64,000 bases of DNA from Slackia sp. Lineage in GTDB: Bacteria; Actinomycetota; Coriobacteriia; Coriobacteriales; Eggerthellaceae. The notes under the pieces were generated by a model. It worked only from the letters and a program-made list of their open reading frames with translations. It did no database searches and had not been told where the DNA came from. Position numbers and translations under genes: made by a program. Each line of letters starts with the position of its first letter. Positions within the stretch are counted from its first letter, which is position 1. The stretch is taken from contig JAUNDR010000004.1 in NCBI GenBank assembly GCA_030525985.1, positions 3,327 through 67,326 of the forward strand, read 5' to 3'. Shown here in pieces: positions 19,422-28,804 of this stretch.

Positions 19422-20597
19422 TTAAAGGCGCAAGGTGGGCGATGATTGCGGCGTGAGCGGGCTGTCTATCAGGCCCTCTTGCGCGAGCACGGTGCGCAGC
19501 ACCGAGATGTCGGACGAAACGTCCCACGCCATATCGCGGAAGATGGAATCGAGCAGCTTTTCGAATGCCGTGCTCAGCGTGTCGAGCGTTGCTTCTATCT
19601 CGCGCTTCGACGAGAGGATGTTTTCACCCTGGACGGGCTGGGCGTCCAGATCGCGGTAGGCGTCAAGCAGCTTGACCGTGGTGGGCAGATAGTAATCCAT
19701 GAGTTTCCCCAGGTCGTCGATAACCTGGGGCTGCTCGGCCGCTCGGTCGAATATGGTGCGGACCACATGCTCGATCTGGTCGATTTTCTTCGATATCGCT
19801 TCGCCTTCGATGGCGTCGTTGCTTGCCCGGATGCGCGCTATATAGGCCTCTCCGCGTGCGAGAAGGGCATGCGCCTCAGGCGTCAGCGGCTTTTTTTCTC
19901 CGATCTCGGGAGCGACGCTTTGCGCAAGATTCTGCTGATGGCGGCGATGCTGGGCTTCCATCTGCGCTTCGCGGTATTGCCTGTAGCCTTCGCGCGTCAT
20001 GATGAGCATGGTTTCGGAATCGTCGAGCGCGGCTTGTTTGAACAAGCCTTTGCCGAGCATTTTCTTCACGTTTTTCAACACGGCTTTCGGCTGGCTTGCG
20101 GTTGCCGCCGCAAGCTCTTCGATGGTGCAGTGCTCGCGCACGCCGATGGTGTCGCGGTAGTTTTCGAAGCGTTTGACCAGGCTGAGCTTCCTGATGCCCG
20201 CGAGGGCCAATGCTGCGCCGCCTGCTGCGAATAGGATCGGCGGTACGATCAAAAAGGCCATTCCGCTGATGGAGAGGACTCCCGCTCCCAAAAGACATGG
20301 CACGGCGATGACGCCGCCCCATCCTGCCATGGCGATGCTCGCCGCGCGTCGGCCGCCCGTTTTCGCGTAAAGTGTTTGCATGGTGGCTTGCTGCTGCTTG
20401 CGCTGCATTTCTTTCGCGTATTCTTCCTGGGCGCGTCGGATGCCGTTGGATGCTTGGGCAAGGCCTTTGCCGATGTTTTCCGCCGCCGTTCCGAGCGAGT
20501 GTTCGATGGTCGACTGCAAGGCACGGTAATCCTGCGACGAAACGGCGTCTTGAACGGCGTCGAGAATCTGGTTTCCGATGTTGTTGGGTGAAGCCAT
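19422..20597 (-). CDS. XpaC-like (5-bromo-4-chloroindolyl phosphate hydrolysis) membrane protein
   Basis: 391 aa; two central TM segments; C-terminal helical domain; gene order matches xpaC-telA. Confidence 0.65.
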   Translation of the reverse strand: MASPNNIGNQILDAVQDAVSSQDYRALQSTIEHSLGTAAENIGKGLAQASNGIRRAQEEYAKEMQRKQQQATMQTLYAKTGGRRAASIAMAGWGGVIAVPCLLGAGVLSISGMAFLIVPPILFAAGGAALALAGIRKLSLVKRFENYRDTIGVREHCTIEELAAATASQPKAVLKNVKKMLGKGLFKQAALDDSETMLIMTREGYRQYREAQMEAQHRRHQQNLAQSVAPEIGEKKPLTPEAHALLARGEAYIARIRASNDAIEGEAISKKIDQIEHVVRTIFDRAAEQPQVIDDLGKLMDYYLPTTVKLLDAYRDLDAQPVQGENILSSKREIEATLDTLSTAFEKLLDSIFRDMAWDVSSDISVLRTVLAQEGLIDSPLTPQSSPTLRL

Positions 20598-20875
20598 GGG
20601 CCGCCTTTCCGACGCGTGCGTTTCACGAAGGAAGGGCGCGTCGCCGAACCTGTATATATCTTCGTCATTCTACCGCAACGACGTTACGGAAACGCAACGC
20701 TTGCATGACGGAGGGGCATCGGAACAGGCTCGCGGCGACGTTGGCGAAAGGGCATGCATCGCCGCGTTTCTGCTGGTAGTGCGTTATCGATCGCATACCG
20801 CCGCCGATGTCCATGGACCGGCATGGCAGCGGGTGCAATCGCCTGCTTCATCGTGCGGATCCGTTGCGGCGGGTT

Positions 20876-21961
20876 TTACGGGTTGCATCGCCCGCAGGGC
20901 TCGTATCCTTCGTCGATCAGCGCGTCGCGTGTGCCGGTGTATTCCCGCTTGTTCCGCGCCGAGATGTCGTCTGCCGACGGGCACGAGGGGTCGTGGAATT
21001 TCTTGCTGTTGGTGTTGAGGATATAGTTTGCTTCCGTGCTTGCATCCGCGCTGTCCGTCTTCGCGCCCTCTTCTCGCTGTGCGTTGCGTGTTGCGCTCGA
21101 TTGCCTGTCGGACGTTTTCTTTCCTTCGGATCCTTCATTGATGGCGTCGTTCGACGACACTTCGGGCACGGCGTCCGACGGATGGCTGTCGCCCGTGGCG
21201 TAATCGATTTCGATACCCGGCTCGATGTTGTAGACGAACACGTTGAAGCATACGGCGCGTCCGCTGTCTTCGACCGAGAGGCCTTCCATCTGCACGCCGC
21301 GTGCCACCAGCTCGTCCCCCTCGAATACGGGAGTCACGCGATAGAGCACGTGGTTGCCGGTTTCGCGCACGTAATCGCCGACCAGTTCTTCATAGGGAAG
21401 CATGCCTTCGACGTTCATCGTGCGCGTTCCTGTGATGAGATTGCGTTCGTTGGCGTCTTCGCCGGCGAGCTGGTGGGCGATCAGATGGCTGCGGTTGTAG
21501 AGGGCTTCTTGGTCGATGGTGTCGTAGCGGGCCTGCTTCCAACCGCTGGGGTGGACGTTCGAGATGTCGCCGCGCGGTTTGTCGGGCAGCGTTTCGGGGC
21601 CCACCAGTGCGAAAGCCGTCTCGCAGCGTCCCAGGTCGTCGAGGGGGCTGTATTTCTCGAATGGGTCGTCGGCAGCCTCGGGGGCCGACTCTTGCGCGGT
21701 GAAGCCGGGCTGGCCGTCGTTGACTTCGACGGAAAGCTCGCCGTCGTAGGCGGGAAGCTCGTCGATGCTCGCCGCGGCTTCTCCCGAAGGCGCTTCGGCG
21801 GCCTGCGTGCCCGCACCGTCGCATGCGGTAAGCGGCAGGCTGAGGGCGCATGCCAAGACGAATGAGAAAAGCGCCGCAAGTCCCTTCTTTGCGAGAGGGG
21901 TTTTCGACGACGGCATCTCCTGTCGGACTGTCGATGTTGCGAAATCGAACGGGAATCGCAT
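20876..21961 (-). CDS. secreted DNA/RNA non-specific endonuclease lipoprotein (EndA/NucA type) with a C-terminal Cys-rich module
   Basis: 361 aa; lipobox LPLTAC; nuclease core NRSHLIAHQLAG...ERNLITGTR; C-terminal KFHDPSCPS...GYEPCGRCNP; AAGGAGA RBS. Confidence 0.85.
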   Translation of the reverse strand: MRFPFDFATSTVRQEMPSSKTPLAKKGLAALFSFVLACALSLPLTACDGAGTQAAEAPSGEAAASIDELPAYDGELSVEVNDGQPGFTAQESAPEAADDPFEKYSPLDDLGRCETAFALVGPETLPDKPRGDISNVHPSGWKQARYDTIDQEALYNRSHLIAHQLAGEDANERNLITGTRTMNVEGMLPYEELVGDYVRETGNHVLYRVTPVFEGDELVARGVQMEGLSVEDSGRAVCFNVFVYNIEPGIEIDYATGDSHPSDAVPEVSSNDAINEGSEGKKTSDRQSSATRNAQREEGAKTDSADASTEANYILNTNSKKFHDPSCPSADDISARNKREYTGTRDALIDEGYEPCGRCNP

Positions 21962-22015
21962 GGTGTCTCCTTGGGTTGGAAGCGGCGCGCGTTTGTTGGA
22001 TGCGCGCCGCGCGGG

Positions 22016-22029
22016 TGTTTCACGTGAAA
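22016..22029. promoter_or_regulatory. perfect 14-bp palindrome GTTTCACGTGAAAC upstream of the nuclease gene
   Basis: 55 nt upstream of the nuclease start. The same 16-mer tgtttcacgtgaaacg recurs at 6603-6618. Confidence 0.3.
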
Positions 22030-22248
22030 CGTGCGCGTTGCGATGCCGCGTTATGTTGCGACGTCATGCCGCTCGCCGACTGTTTTTTTCGAATCCGTTC
22101 GCGAGGGTTCGAGGCGAGGTTCGGCGAGTGGCTGTTGCGGCATCGCGGAGCCACTCTTCGGCTTCGGCGAACGGCGGGGCGAACCAAACGCGCCGATTCT
22201 TTCTGGTGGCGAGCGGTCGTTGCGCTCTTCCCGCAGGCCAGGCTTTCT

Positions 22249-22902
22249 TTAGGCGAAATCGAGCAACTGCGCAGGGCGGTCGATCAAGGCATCCGCCGTT
22301 TCGCGCAAACGATCGACAGGCTGATACCCCCAGCTCACACCGATAGCGAAGCAGCCCGCGTTATGGGCGACCTGCATATCGGTATCGGCGGAATCGCCCA
22401 CATAGGCGATGCGGCTCGGCTCGATCTCCAGCATGCGGGCGACGAGTAGGAGCCCTTCGGGGTCGGGCTTGCGCGGCACGGGACCTTCTCCGAGTTCGAA
22501 ATCCATGAAGCCCGGCATGAAGTGCGCCATGACGTCTTTCACGCCGCCGTCGAATTTATTCGAGAACACGGCGAGCTTCTTGCCGCGCGTTTTCAGCTCT
22601 TCCAATGTTTCCCTCATGCCGGGATAGAAGGCCGTTTTCGCATGCCCGCACGCATCGTAGGCGGCTTTCCAGTAAGTGAGCTCTTCCTCGACGGCCTCGT
22701 CCGGAAGGCCCGCGGGAACCGCCTGCGAGATAAGCGAACGAAGTCCGTTTCCCACCATGGCGAGAATTTCGTCGCGCATATGTTCGGGATGACCGAAGCG
22801 GCGAAGGGTTTCGTTGGTGACGCTTACCAGGTCGGGAAGCGTGTCGAGCAGCGTTCCGTCAAGGTCGAATACGAAGGCGTCGAAGGTTTGCTCAGTATTC
22901 AC
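22249..22902 (-). CDS. HAD-family hydrolase (phosphoglycolate phosphatase-like)
   Basis: 217 aa; motif I FVFDLDGTLLDT; motif IV YVGDSADTD; GTG start after GGAGG. Confidence 0.88.
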   Translation of the reverse strand: MNTEQTFDAFVFDLDGTLLDTLPDLVSVTNETLRRFGHPEHMRDEILAMVGNGLRSLISQAVPAGLPDEAVEEELTYWKAAYDACGHAKTAFYPGMRETLEELKTRGKKLAVFSNKFDGGVKDVMAHFMPGFMDFELGEGPVPRKPDPEGLLLVARMLEIEPSRIAYVGDSADTDMQVAHNAGCFAIGVSWGYQPVDRLRETADALIDRPAQLLDFA

Positions 22903-23305
22903 GGGATGCCTCCATCTCCAGGGATTTCTCGGCGTTTTCTACGACCAAGTATAGGTCGCTTTGCGAATGCACCTTCAATTTCGCATAGAGGTTCCGCACG
23001 TGCGCTTCGGCGTGCTGTCGGCTGCATGGCGGTTTGGGCGCCGGTTCGATCGCGGGCGTGTTGCGACGTGCCTCTTTTTGTGGCTTCCGCGGACGTGCGG
23101 CCGGTTTTCGGCGGCGCGCGGTGCGTTGCCGGTCGATTCACCCATCGTTTGAGCGAATCGCCTTGCGCCCCTGCGGATTCCGTGCGATTTCTCAATCCTG
23201 CAACAAACCTCCGCGCGCGCTTTGTCATTATGTGACGGTATGCAAAGGCAGTGTTTCGCCGCGGCTTCGAAAGCGCCGGCGTTTCGCGATGCGAGAGGGG
23301 TTTCA

Positions 23306-24097
23306 ATGGAAATCATCGTAGCCAAAGATTATCAGGACATGAGCGAGGCGGCGGCCGATATCATCGCCGAGCTCGTCGCCGAAAAGCCCGGATGCGTTCT
23401 CGGTCTTGCCACGGGCTCCACGCCCGAGGGGCTGTACGCCGAACTGGTGAAGCGCTATGAGGAAGAGGGTCTCGACTTTTCTCGCGTTGCCACCTTCAAC
23501 CTGGACGAGTATCGCGGCCTGCCCGCCGAGCACGAGCAGAGCTATCGCTACTTCATGCAGAAGCACCTGTTCGATCACGTGAACGTCCGCCCCGAGAACA
23601 CCCATGTTCCCAACGGCGCGAACCCCGATGCCGAAGCCGCATGCGATGCCTACGAGGCGTCCATCGCGCTGGCGGGCGGCGTCGATCTGCAGCTGCTCGG
23701 CCTTGGCCACAACGGCCACATCGGCTTCAACGAGCCGGCTGACGAGTTCACCAAGGAAACCAACTGCGTCGATCTGACTGAAAGCACCATCAATGCCAAC
23801 AGCCGCCTGTTCAATTCCGCAGACGAGGTTCCGCGCCAGGCGTACACCATGGGCATCGGCACCATCATGGCCGCCAAGCAGATCCTGCTCGTGGTGAGCG
23901 GCGAGGACAAAGCGCAGATCGTGCGCGACGTGTTCTTCGGCCCTGTCACCCCGAAGGTTCCCGCTTCCATCCTCCAATTCCACCCCAATGCCATCGCCGT
24001 TGTGGATGAAGCGGCATTTTCCGCTTGCGAGGAAATCGCCGAAGGCGGATGCGGCTGCGGTCACGACCATGGCGAGGAAGGCTGCGGCTGCCACTAG
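23306..24097 (+). CDS. nagB: glucosamine-6-phosphate deaminase with a Cys/His-rich C-terminal tail
   Basis: MEIIVAKDYQDMSEAAADII...LATGSTP...GLGHNGHIGFNEP. ATG 23306 follows GAGAGGGG, while the ORF opens at 23222. Confidence 0.93.
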   Translation: MEIIVAKDYQDMSEAAADIIAELVAEKPGCVLGLATGSTPEGLYAELVKRYEEEGLDFSRVATFNLDEYRGLPAEHEQSYRYFMQKHLFDHVNVRPENTHVPNGANPDAEAACDAYEASIALAGGVDLQLLGLGHNGHIGFNEPADEFTKETNCVDLTESTINANSRLFNSADEVPRQAYTMGIGTIMAAKQILLVVSGEDKAQIVRDVFFGPVTPKVPASILQFHPNAIAVVDEAAFSACEEIAEGGCGCGHDHGEEGCGCH

Positions 24098-24216
24098 GAA
24101 TCCGGCGATCGCTTTCTCGCATGGCCATGCGAGATGTTGCCGAGGGTTTTGATACTGAATAAGACGACGGCTCGCCGCTTCGCGCGACGGGCCGTTTTCG
24201 TAGAAAGGAACGATGC

Positions 24217-25341
24217 ATGAGCGCTTTGAAAATCACCGGCGCCCGCGTATTCGACGGGGATGCGTTCGTCGCCCGCGATTTGTTCGTCGACGACGGCCGC
24301 ATTGTCGAAGAGGCACCCGAGGGCGACGTTTGCGTTATCGACGCGGCCGGCTGCTATGCCATTCCCGGTCTCGTGGACGTGCACTCGCATGGCGCTGTCG
24401 GCTACGATTTTTGCGACGGCACGCACGAGGCCATCGATGCGATCTGCCGCTATCAGGCCTCGCGCGGCGTGACGGCGTATTGTCCCGCCACGATGACCTA
24501 TCCTGAAGAAAAGCTTGCAGGAATCGCGCGCTGCGCTGCGGAGCATGTCGACGCTCCTGATGCCGCCGCGCTTGTGGGCATCAACATGGAAGGTCCCTAC
24601 ATCAGCCCGAGCAAGGTGGGCGCGCAAAACCCCGCGTATGTTCAGGCGCCGGACGCTGCCATGTTCGAGCGTCTTCAAGATGCCGCAGGGGGGTTGTTCA
24701 AAATCGTCGATATTGCTCCCGAAGTGCCCGCCGCTCTCGATTTCGTGAAGGCTCAGGGCGACAAGGTGCGCATTTCCATCGCGCATACGTGTGCGACCTA
24801 CGACGAGGCGAAAGCGGCGTTCGACGCGGGCGCGAAGCACGTGACGCACCTGTTCAACGCGATGCCTCCCCTCGCCCACAGGGAGCCGGGCGTCATAGGC
24901 GCTGCCGCCGATGCGGGCGCGACGCCTGAAATCATCACCGACGGAGTGCATATCCACCCTGCCGCCGTGCGTGCCGCATTCAAGCTTTTCGGCGACGACA
25001 AGATGATTCTCATCAGCGATTCGATGATGGCGACGGGCCTTGACGACGGCGAGTACAGCCTGGGCGGTCAGGCCGTCACGGTTCGCGGCAATCGCGCCAC
25101 CTTGCATGACGGAACGCTCGCCGGCAGCGCCACCGACCTGATGGGGTGCTTCCGCGTCGCCGTGCGCGATATGGAGATTCCTCTGGTATCGGCGGTCAAG
25201 GCGGCGTCATGCAATCCGGCGCGCGCCCTTGGCCTCGAAGGAGAGCGCGGAACGCTTGCCGCCGGCGCAATCGCCGATATCGTGCTGCTCAACGAGGGCC
25301 TCGATATCGAACATGTTGTTTTGAGAGGCAACGTTCTCTAA
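24217..25341 (+). CDS. nagA: N-acetylglucosamine-6-phosphate deacetylase
   Basis: 374 aa; amidohydrolase motifs PGLVDVHSHG, GINMEGPYIS and HLFNAM. Confidence 0.93.
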   Translation: MSALKITGARVFDGDAFVARDLFVDDGRIVEEAPEGDVCVIDAAGCYAIPGLVDVHSHGAVGYDFCDGTHEAIDAICRYQASRGVTAYCPATMTYPEEKLAGIARCAAEHVDAPDAAALVGINMEGPYISPSKVGAQNPAYVQAPDAAMFERLQDAAGGLFKIVDIAPEVPAALDFVKAQGDKVRISIAHTCATYDEAKAAFDAGAKHVTHLFNAMPPLAHREPGVIGAAADAGATPEIITDGVHIHPAAVRAAFKLFGDDKMILISDSMMATGLDDGEYSLGGQAVTVRGNRATLHDGTLAGSATDLMGCFRVAVRDMEIPLVSAVKAASCNPARALGLEGERGTLAAGAIADIVLLNEGLDIEHVVLRGNVL

Positions 25342-25389
25342 GGGCGTTCGGCTTTTCGCCCCGACATTCCGAGGGTTACACCCTAAGAG

Positions 25390-25416
25390 CAAACCACCCG
25401 TTATCACGGGTGGTTT
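25390..25416 (+). terminator. rho-independent terminator after nagA
   Basis: 10-bp stem aaaccacccg/cgggtggttt plus T. Confidence 0.75.
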
Positions 25417-25554
25417 TGATTGCGTATATTCGACCCGCTTTGTCAGAGGTTTGGTCGTGATGCGATGCGGCAAGATGGCGGCTGCCGCGTGCCGATGGCT
25501 TGCCGCCCCTGCTCCGTGAAAAGCGGCGAGGCCCGCTTGCGCGTGGGCGCGGAA

Positions 25555-26118
25555 TCAATAGAGCGCTTTGCGCATGAGGGCGAGCAGCGTCTCGCACGAA
25601 TCGTCGCCATGTTCGAGCGAGGCGACCATGGACCCCCAGACGAGCGTCGCCAGTTTATCGGTGCCGCCGATCGCTTCGAGCGCTGCGGCATCGATGCTTC
25701 TGTCGTTCGATATGGCGATGGCGAGGCCTTTTCTGATATGGCGAAATGCCGCTTCTTCTCGCTTGCGCACTTCTTTGAGGCTTTCCGTATCGAGAGAGGT
25801 CAGCTTTTCGATCCACTCGCTTCGGAATGCGGAGAGCGTCTTCCTCAAATCCTCCAGGAGCCGTTCGCAAAATGCGACGAAATCTTCGTTCGATGCGGCG
25901 ATGAACATTTCTCGATGGAGCGATTCTCGCCAGAACATGCCGATTGTTTCTGCCACCAGGTCGGCTTTCGTGGGGAAGTAATTGTAGATGGAGCCGACGC
26001 TTACCCCGCATGCATTCGCAACGCTTCTGATGCTCAGCGTTGCCGACGCATCGTTTCTGAACAGGTTGTACGCCGTTTTCAGAATATGTTCTCGCGATAT
26101 GACGGCCTTGTTGCCCAT
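25555..26118 (-). CDS. TetR/AcrR-family transcriptional regulator
   Basis: HTH ILKTAYNLFRNDASATLSIRSVANACGVSVGSIYNYFPTKADLV. The start is taken at MGNKAV, while the ORF opens at 26205. Confidence 0.88.
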   Translation of the reverse strand: MGNKAVISREHILKTAYNLFRNDASATLSIRSVANACGVSVGSIYNYFPTKADLVAETIGMFWRESLHREMFIAASNEDFVAFCERLLEDLRKTLSAFRSEWIEKLTSLDTESLKEVRKREEAAFRHIRKGLAIAISNDRSIDAAALEAIGGTDKLATLVWGSMVASLEHGDDSCETLLALMRKALY

Positions 26119-26272
26119 GCGCTCCTGCTTTCGTGGTTTCCGGCGAAAAAGTGAAGACGGCGATTTTCCGTTGTCGTTTCCCGTGCATCTTACTATTCTG
26201 AACATCGTTCATTTATGAACATTGTTCAGTAAGAAGACATCGCAGAATCGAGCATAAGAAAGAGGAAGTCTC

Positions 26273-26755
26273 ATGAGTCTTGAGTTGGTCATCGCATCGA
26301 GCGCTATTACGGCGGCGCTCGCGTTCTACACCGTGGGCGTGTTCGCTGAACGTCGTGCGGGCTCGCTTAAATTGAGCCACGTGCTTTTGTTCTGGGCGGG
26401 TCTTGTGTGCGATACCACGGGAACCGCCGTCATGACGAATATCGCTCAAACGTCGGGCGCGGCAGGCTTCGGCATCCATGCCGTATCGGGCATGCTCGCT
26501 ATCGCCTTGATGCTGGTGCATGCCATCTGGGCGACGGCGACCTACGTCCGTCATAACGAGCGTGCCGAAAAAACGTTCCACACCTTCAGCACGTTCGTTT
26601 GGCTGCTGTGGCTTGTCCCCTACATCATCGGCATGCTGGTGGGCATTCCCGCCATCCATCTGCAGACGGTGTGCGCCGTGGGAACGAGCGTCATCGTGGT
26701 GGCGGCTTTCGCATTCGTCTTGCTGCGTCGCGATTTCTCTCGCCGCTCCCATTAG
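26273..26755 (+). CDS. small 4-TM integral membrane protein with conserved-looking intramembrane His residues (possibly HsmA/TIGR03987-like)
   Basis: 160 aa; four hydrophobic helices; His in helices (HVLLFWAG, IHAVSGM, LVHAIWA); divergent from the TetR gene. The family name is only a recollection. Confidence 0.6.
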   Translation: MSLELVIASSAITAALAFYTVGVFAERRAGSLKLSHVLLFWAGLVCDTTGTAVMTNIAQTSGAAGFGIHAVSGMLAIALMLVHAIWATATYVRHNERAEKTFHTFSTFVWLLWLVPYIIGMLVGIPAIHLQTVCAVGTSVIVVAAFAFVLLRRDFSRRSH

Positions 26756-27000
26756 GCCGCTCGGTCGCACGGATGCGGGTCCTGTCGTTTGGGCGGAACC
26801 CGCATCCTCTTCGATCGATGCGTTCGAATTATCGGCACCGCTTTCCGCTTCAGTCGGGGGCGGTGCTTTTTCATGCCGCGAGGACGGTCTGTTTTCCACG
26901 CCATGAAGGCGGGCTGCTGTTTTCCCTGTTGGCGTGCGGCTTGCGTATCGGATAGAATGCCAGTGCTTCCATCCGTTGCCTTTTCGTAAAAAGACATAAA

Positions 27001-27021
27001 ATGTTATCAAAATAATAACAT
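27001..27021. promoter_or_regulatory. dyad ATGTTAT-N7-ATAACAT in an AT-rich cydAB promoter region
   Basis: Perfect 7-bp arms overlapping TATAAA-like hexamers, about 310 nt upstream of cydA. Confidence 0.4.
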
Positions 27022-27329
27022 ATAAAAAAGAAACGTGATATCATGGCAGCGTGCTTTCCTGGGCCAACGGTATTTTCACGCCTCATTCGTTGCGGGGCGG
27101 ATGCCGCGCGAGCTCAGGTTCGCGCCGTGTTCGTTTTTCGTTGCGTGGCGGGCGTCGTGCGGGCTTTGCCTGCGTCGCGTTCGGCTTCATGCCATAAAAC
27201 GGATGGTGCGTAGGTCAAGGAAAGCTCATGACAGGAAACGCTTTCGCAAGGCTGCGGCATTTTCCGCGCCCGACGTGCGAGAGCATTGGAGGCGCCTGAG
27301 GGCGCAAGCAAAGAAAAAGGGGGTGTGCT

Positions 27330-28802
27330 ATGGAGCTTTTCACCGATGTTGCGTTGCTTTCGCGCATTCAGTTCGCTTTGGTGGTTATCTTCCACTTCTG
27401 CTTCGTTCCTCTGTCCATCGGTCTTGGCTTGATCATGGCCATCAATGAGACGCGGTACTACAAGACCCGCGATCCGAAAGACGAAGCCGCGACGCGCTTC
27501 TGGGTGAAAATCTTCACCACCACGTTTGCCGTCGGCGTTGCCACGGGCATCACGATGGAGTTCTCGTTCGGCACCAACTGGGCCGATTATAGCCGATTCG
27601 TCGGCGACATCTTCGGCGCTCCGCTTGCCGCCGAGGCGCTGCTCGCCTTCTTTCTCGAGTCGGTGTTCTTGGGAATCGTGCTGTTCGGCCGCGCCAAGGT
27701 CAGCCCGAAGTTCTATATGATCTCTTCGTGGCTCGTGTGGTTCGGCAGCTGCCTTTCCGCGCTGTGGATCCTCATCGCCAACTCGTGGATGCAGACTCCC
27801 GCCGGCGCCGAGCTTGCCGCCAATGGCAGCAAGGCCGTGATCACGGACTTCTTCGCAGCCGCTTTCAACCCTCCCACCCTGCCCCGCTACAGCCACACCG
27901 TTTTGGCGCTGCTCGTTCTGGGCGCTTTCGTGGCGATCGCGCTGTCCGCGTGGTACATGCACAAGAACAAGCACGAGCACTTCGCCGAGAAAACCATGAA
28001 GACCGGCGTCGTGGTTGCCATCGTGGCCACCGGCTGCCTGCTGGTTTCCGCCCATTCTTCCGCCGTCGTGGTTGCCGAGGAGCAGCCTAGCAAGATCGCC
28101 ATGATGGAGGGTCATTACGAGACGGGCACGCTTCCGCTGTATGCCGTCGGCATCGTCGACGAGGAGAACCAGGAGGTCGTGGCGGCGCCCATCGCCCTGC
28201 CCGGCTTCACGAGCTGGCTTGCTTCGGGCGATTTCGATAAGGAATATTCCGGCCTCAACGATATCGCGGCGGAGAACCCCGAAATCGTCGTGGAAGACCT
28301 GCCGGTGAACCTGGTATTCCAGAGCTATCACCTCATGGTCGCGCTCTTCGGCCTGATCGCCGTCGCCATCGCGCTGGCAGCGATCGTCGCGTTCAAGAAG
28401 AACGGAAAACTGGGCTCGAAGAAATGGGTCCAGTGGATCTTGATCCTGTCGCCTCTGTTCCCCTTCATCGCCATCCAGGCAGGCTGGATGACCGCCGAAG
28501 TGGGACGCCAGCCTTACGTGGTCTATCCGTCCGTGAGCGGCCCCGAGGGCGTCTCTCTTCTGACCAACGACGCCATCTCGCAGTCCGTTTCCGCTCCCGA
28601 GCTGATCATCACCATCCTGCTGTTCCTGGCCGTGTATCTGTTCCTGGCCGTTGCATGGGTGCGTCTCATCAGCCGCTTCATCAAGGAAGGCCCGGTGCTT
28701 TCCGCCGTCAAGCCGGCCGCGAAGGCCGACAAGGGCGCAGCTGTCGATGCCGTCGATGCTGTTGCTGCTGAAAACGCCGCCGACGAGAGCAAGGAGGCAT
28801 AG
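27330..28802 (+). CDS. cydA: cytochrome bd ubiquinol/menaquinol oxidase subunit I
   Basis: 490 aa; MELFTDVALLSRIQFALVVIFHFCFVPLSIGLG...; Q-loop; GWMTAEVGRQPY motif. Confidence 0.95.
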   Translation: MELFTDVALLSRIQFALVVIFHFCFVPLSIGLGLIMAINETRYYKTRDPKDEAATRFWVKIFTTTFAVGVATGITMEFSFGTNWADYSRFVGDIFGAPLAAEALLAFFLESVFLGIVLFGRAKVSPKFYMISSWLVWFGSCLSALWILIANSWMQTPAGAELAANGSKAVITDFFAAAFNPPTLPRYSHTVLALLVLGAFVAIALSAWYMHKNKHEHFAEKTMKTGVVVAIVATGCLLVSAHSSAVVVAEEQPSKIAMMEGHYETGTLPLYAVGIVDEENQEVVAAPIALPGFTSWLASGDFDKEYSGLNDIAAENPEIVVEDLPVNLVFQSYHLMVALFGLIAVAIALAAIVAFKKNGKLGSKKWVQWILILSPLFPFIAIQAGWMTAEVGRQPYVVYPSVSGPEGVSLLTNDAISQSVSAPELIITILLFLAVYLFLAVAWVRLISRFIKEGPVLSAVKPAAKADKGAAVDAVDAVAAENAADESKEA

Positions 28803-28804
28803 CC

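Noticed and set aside
20617-20628. 12-mer TTCGTGAAACGC shared between the xpaC leader (minus strand) and 45512-45523, as extra half-sites of the GTTTCACGTGAAAC palindrome.
   Set aside because: Hundreds of 12-mer coincidences are expected by chance in 64 kb across both strands, so this is not independent evidence.
22903-23305. Near-palindrome TTGTCATTATGTGACGG upstream of nagB as a NagR/DasR operator.
   Set aside because: It does not resemble the dre/NagR consensus I remember (TGGTCTAGACCA core), and the dyad is imperfect.
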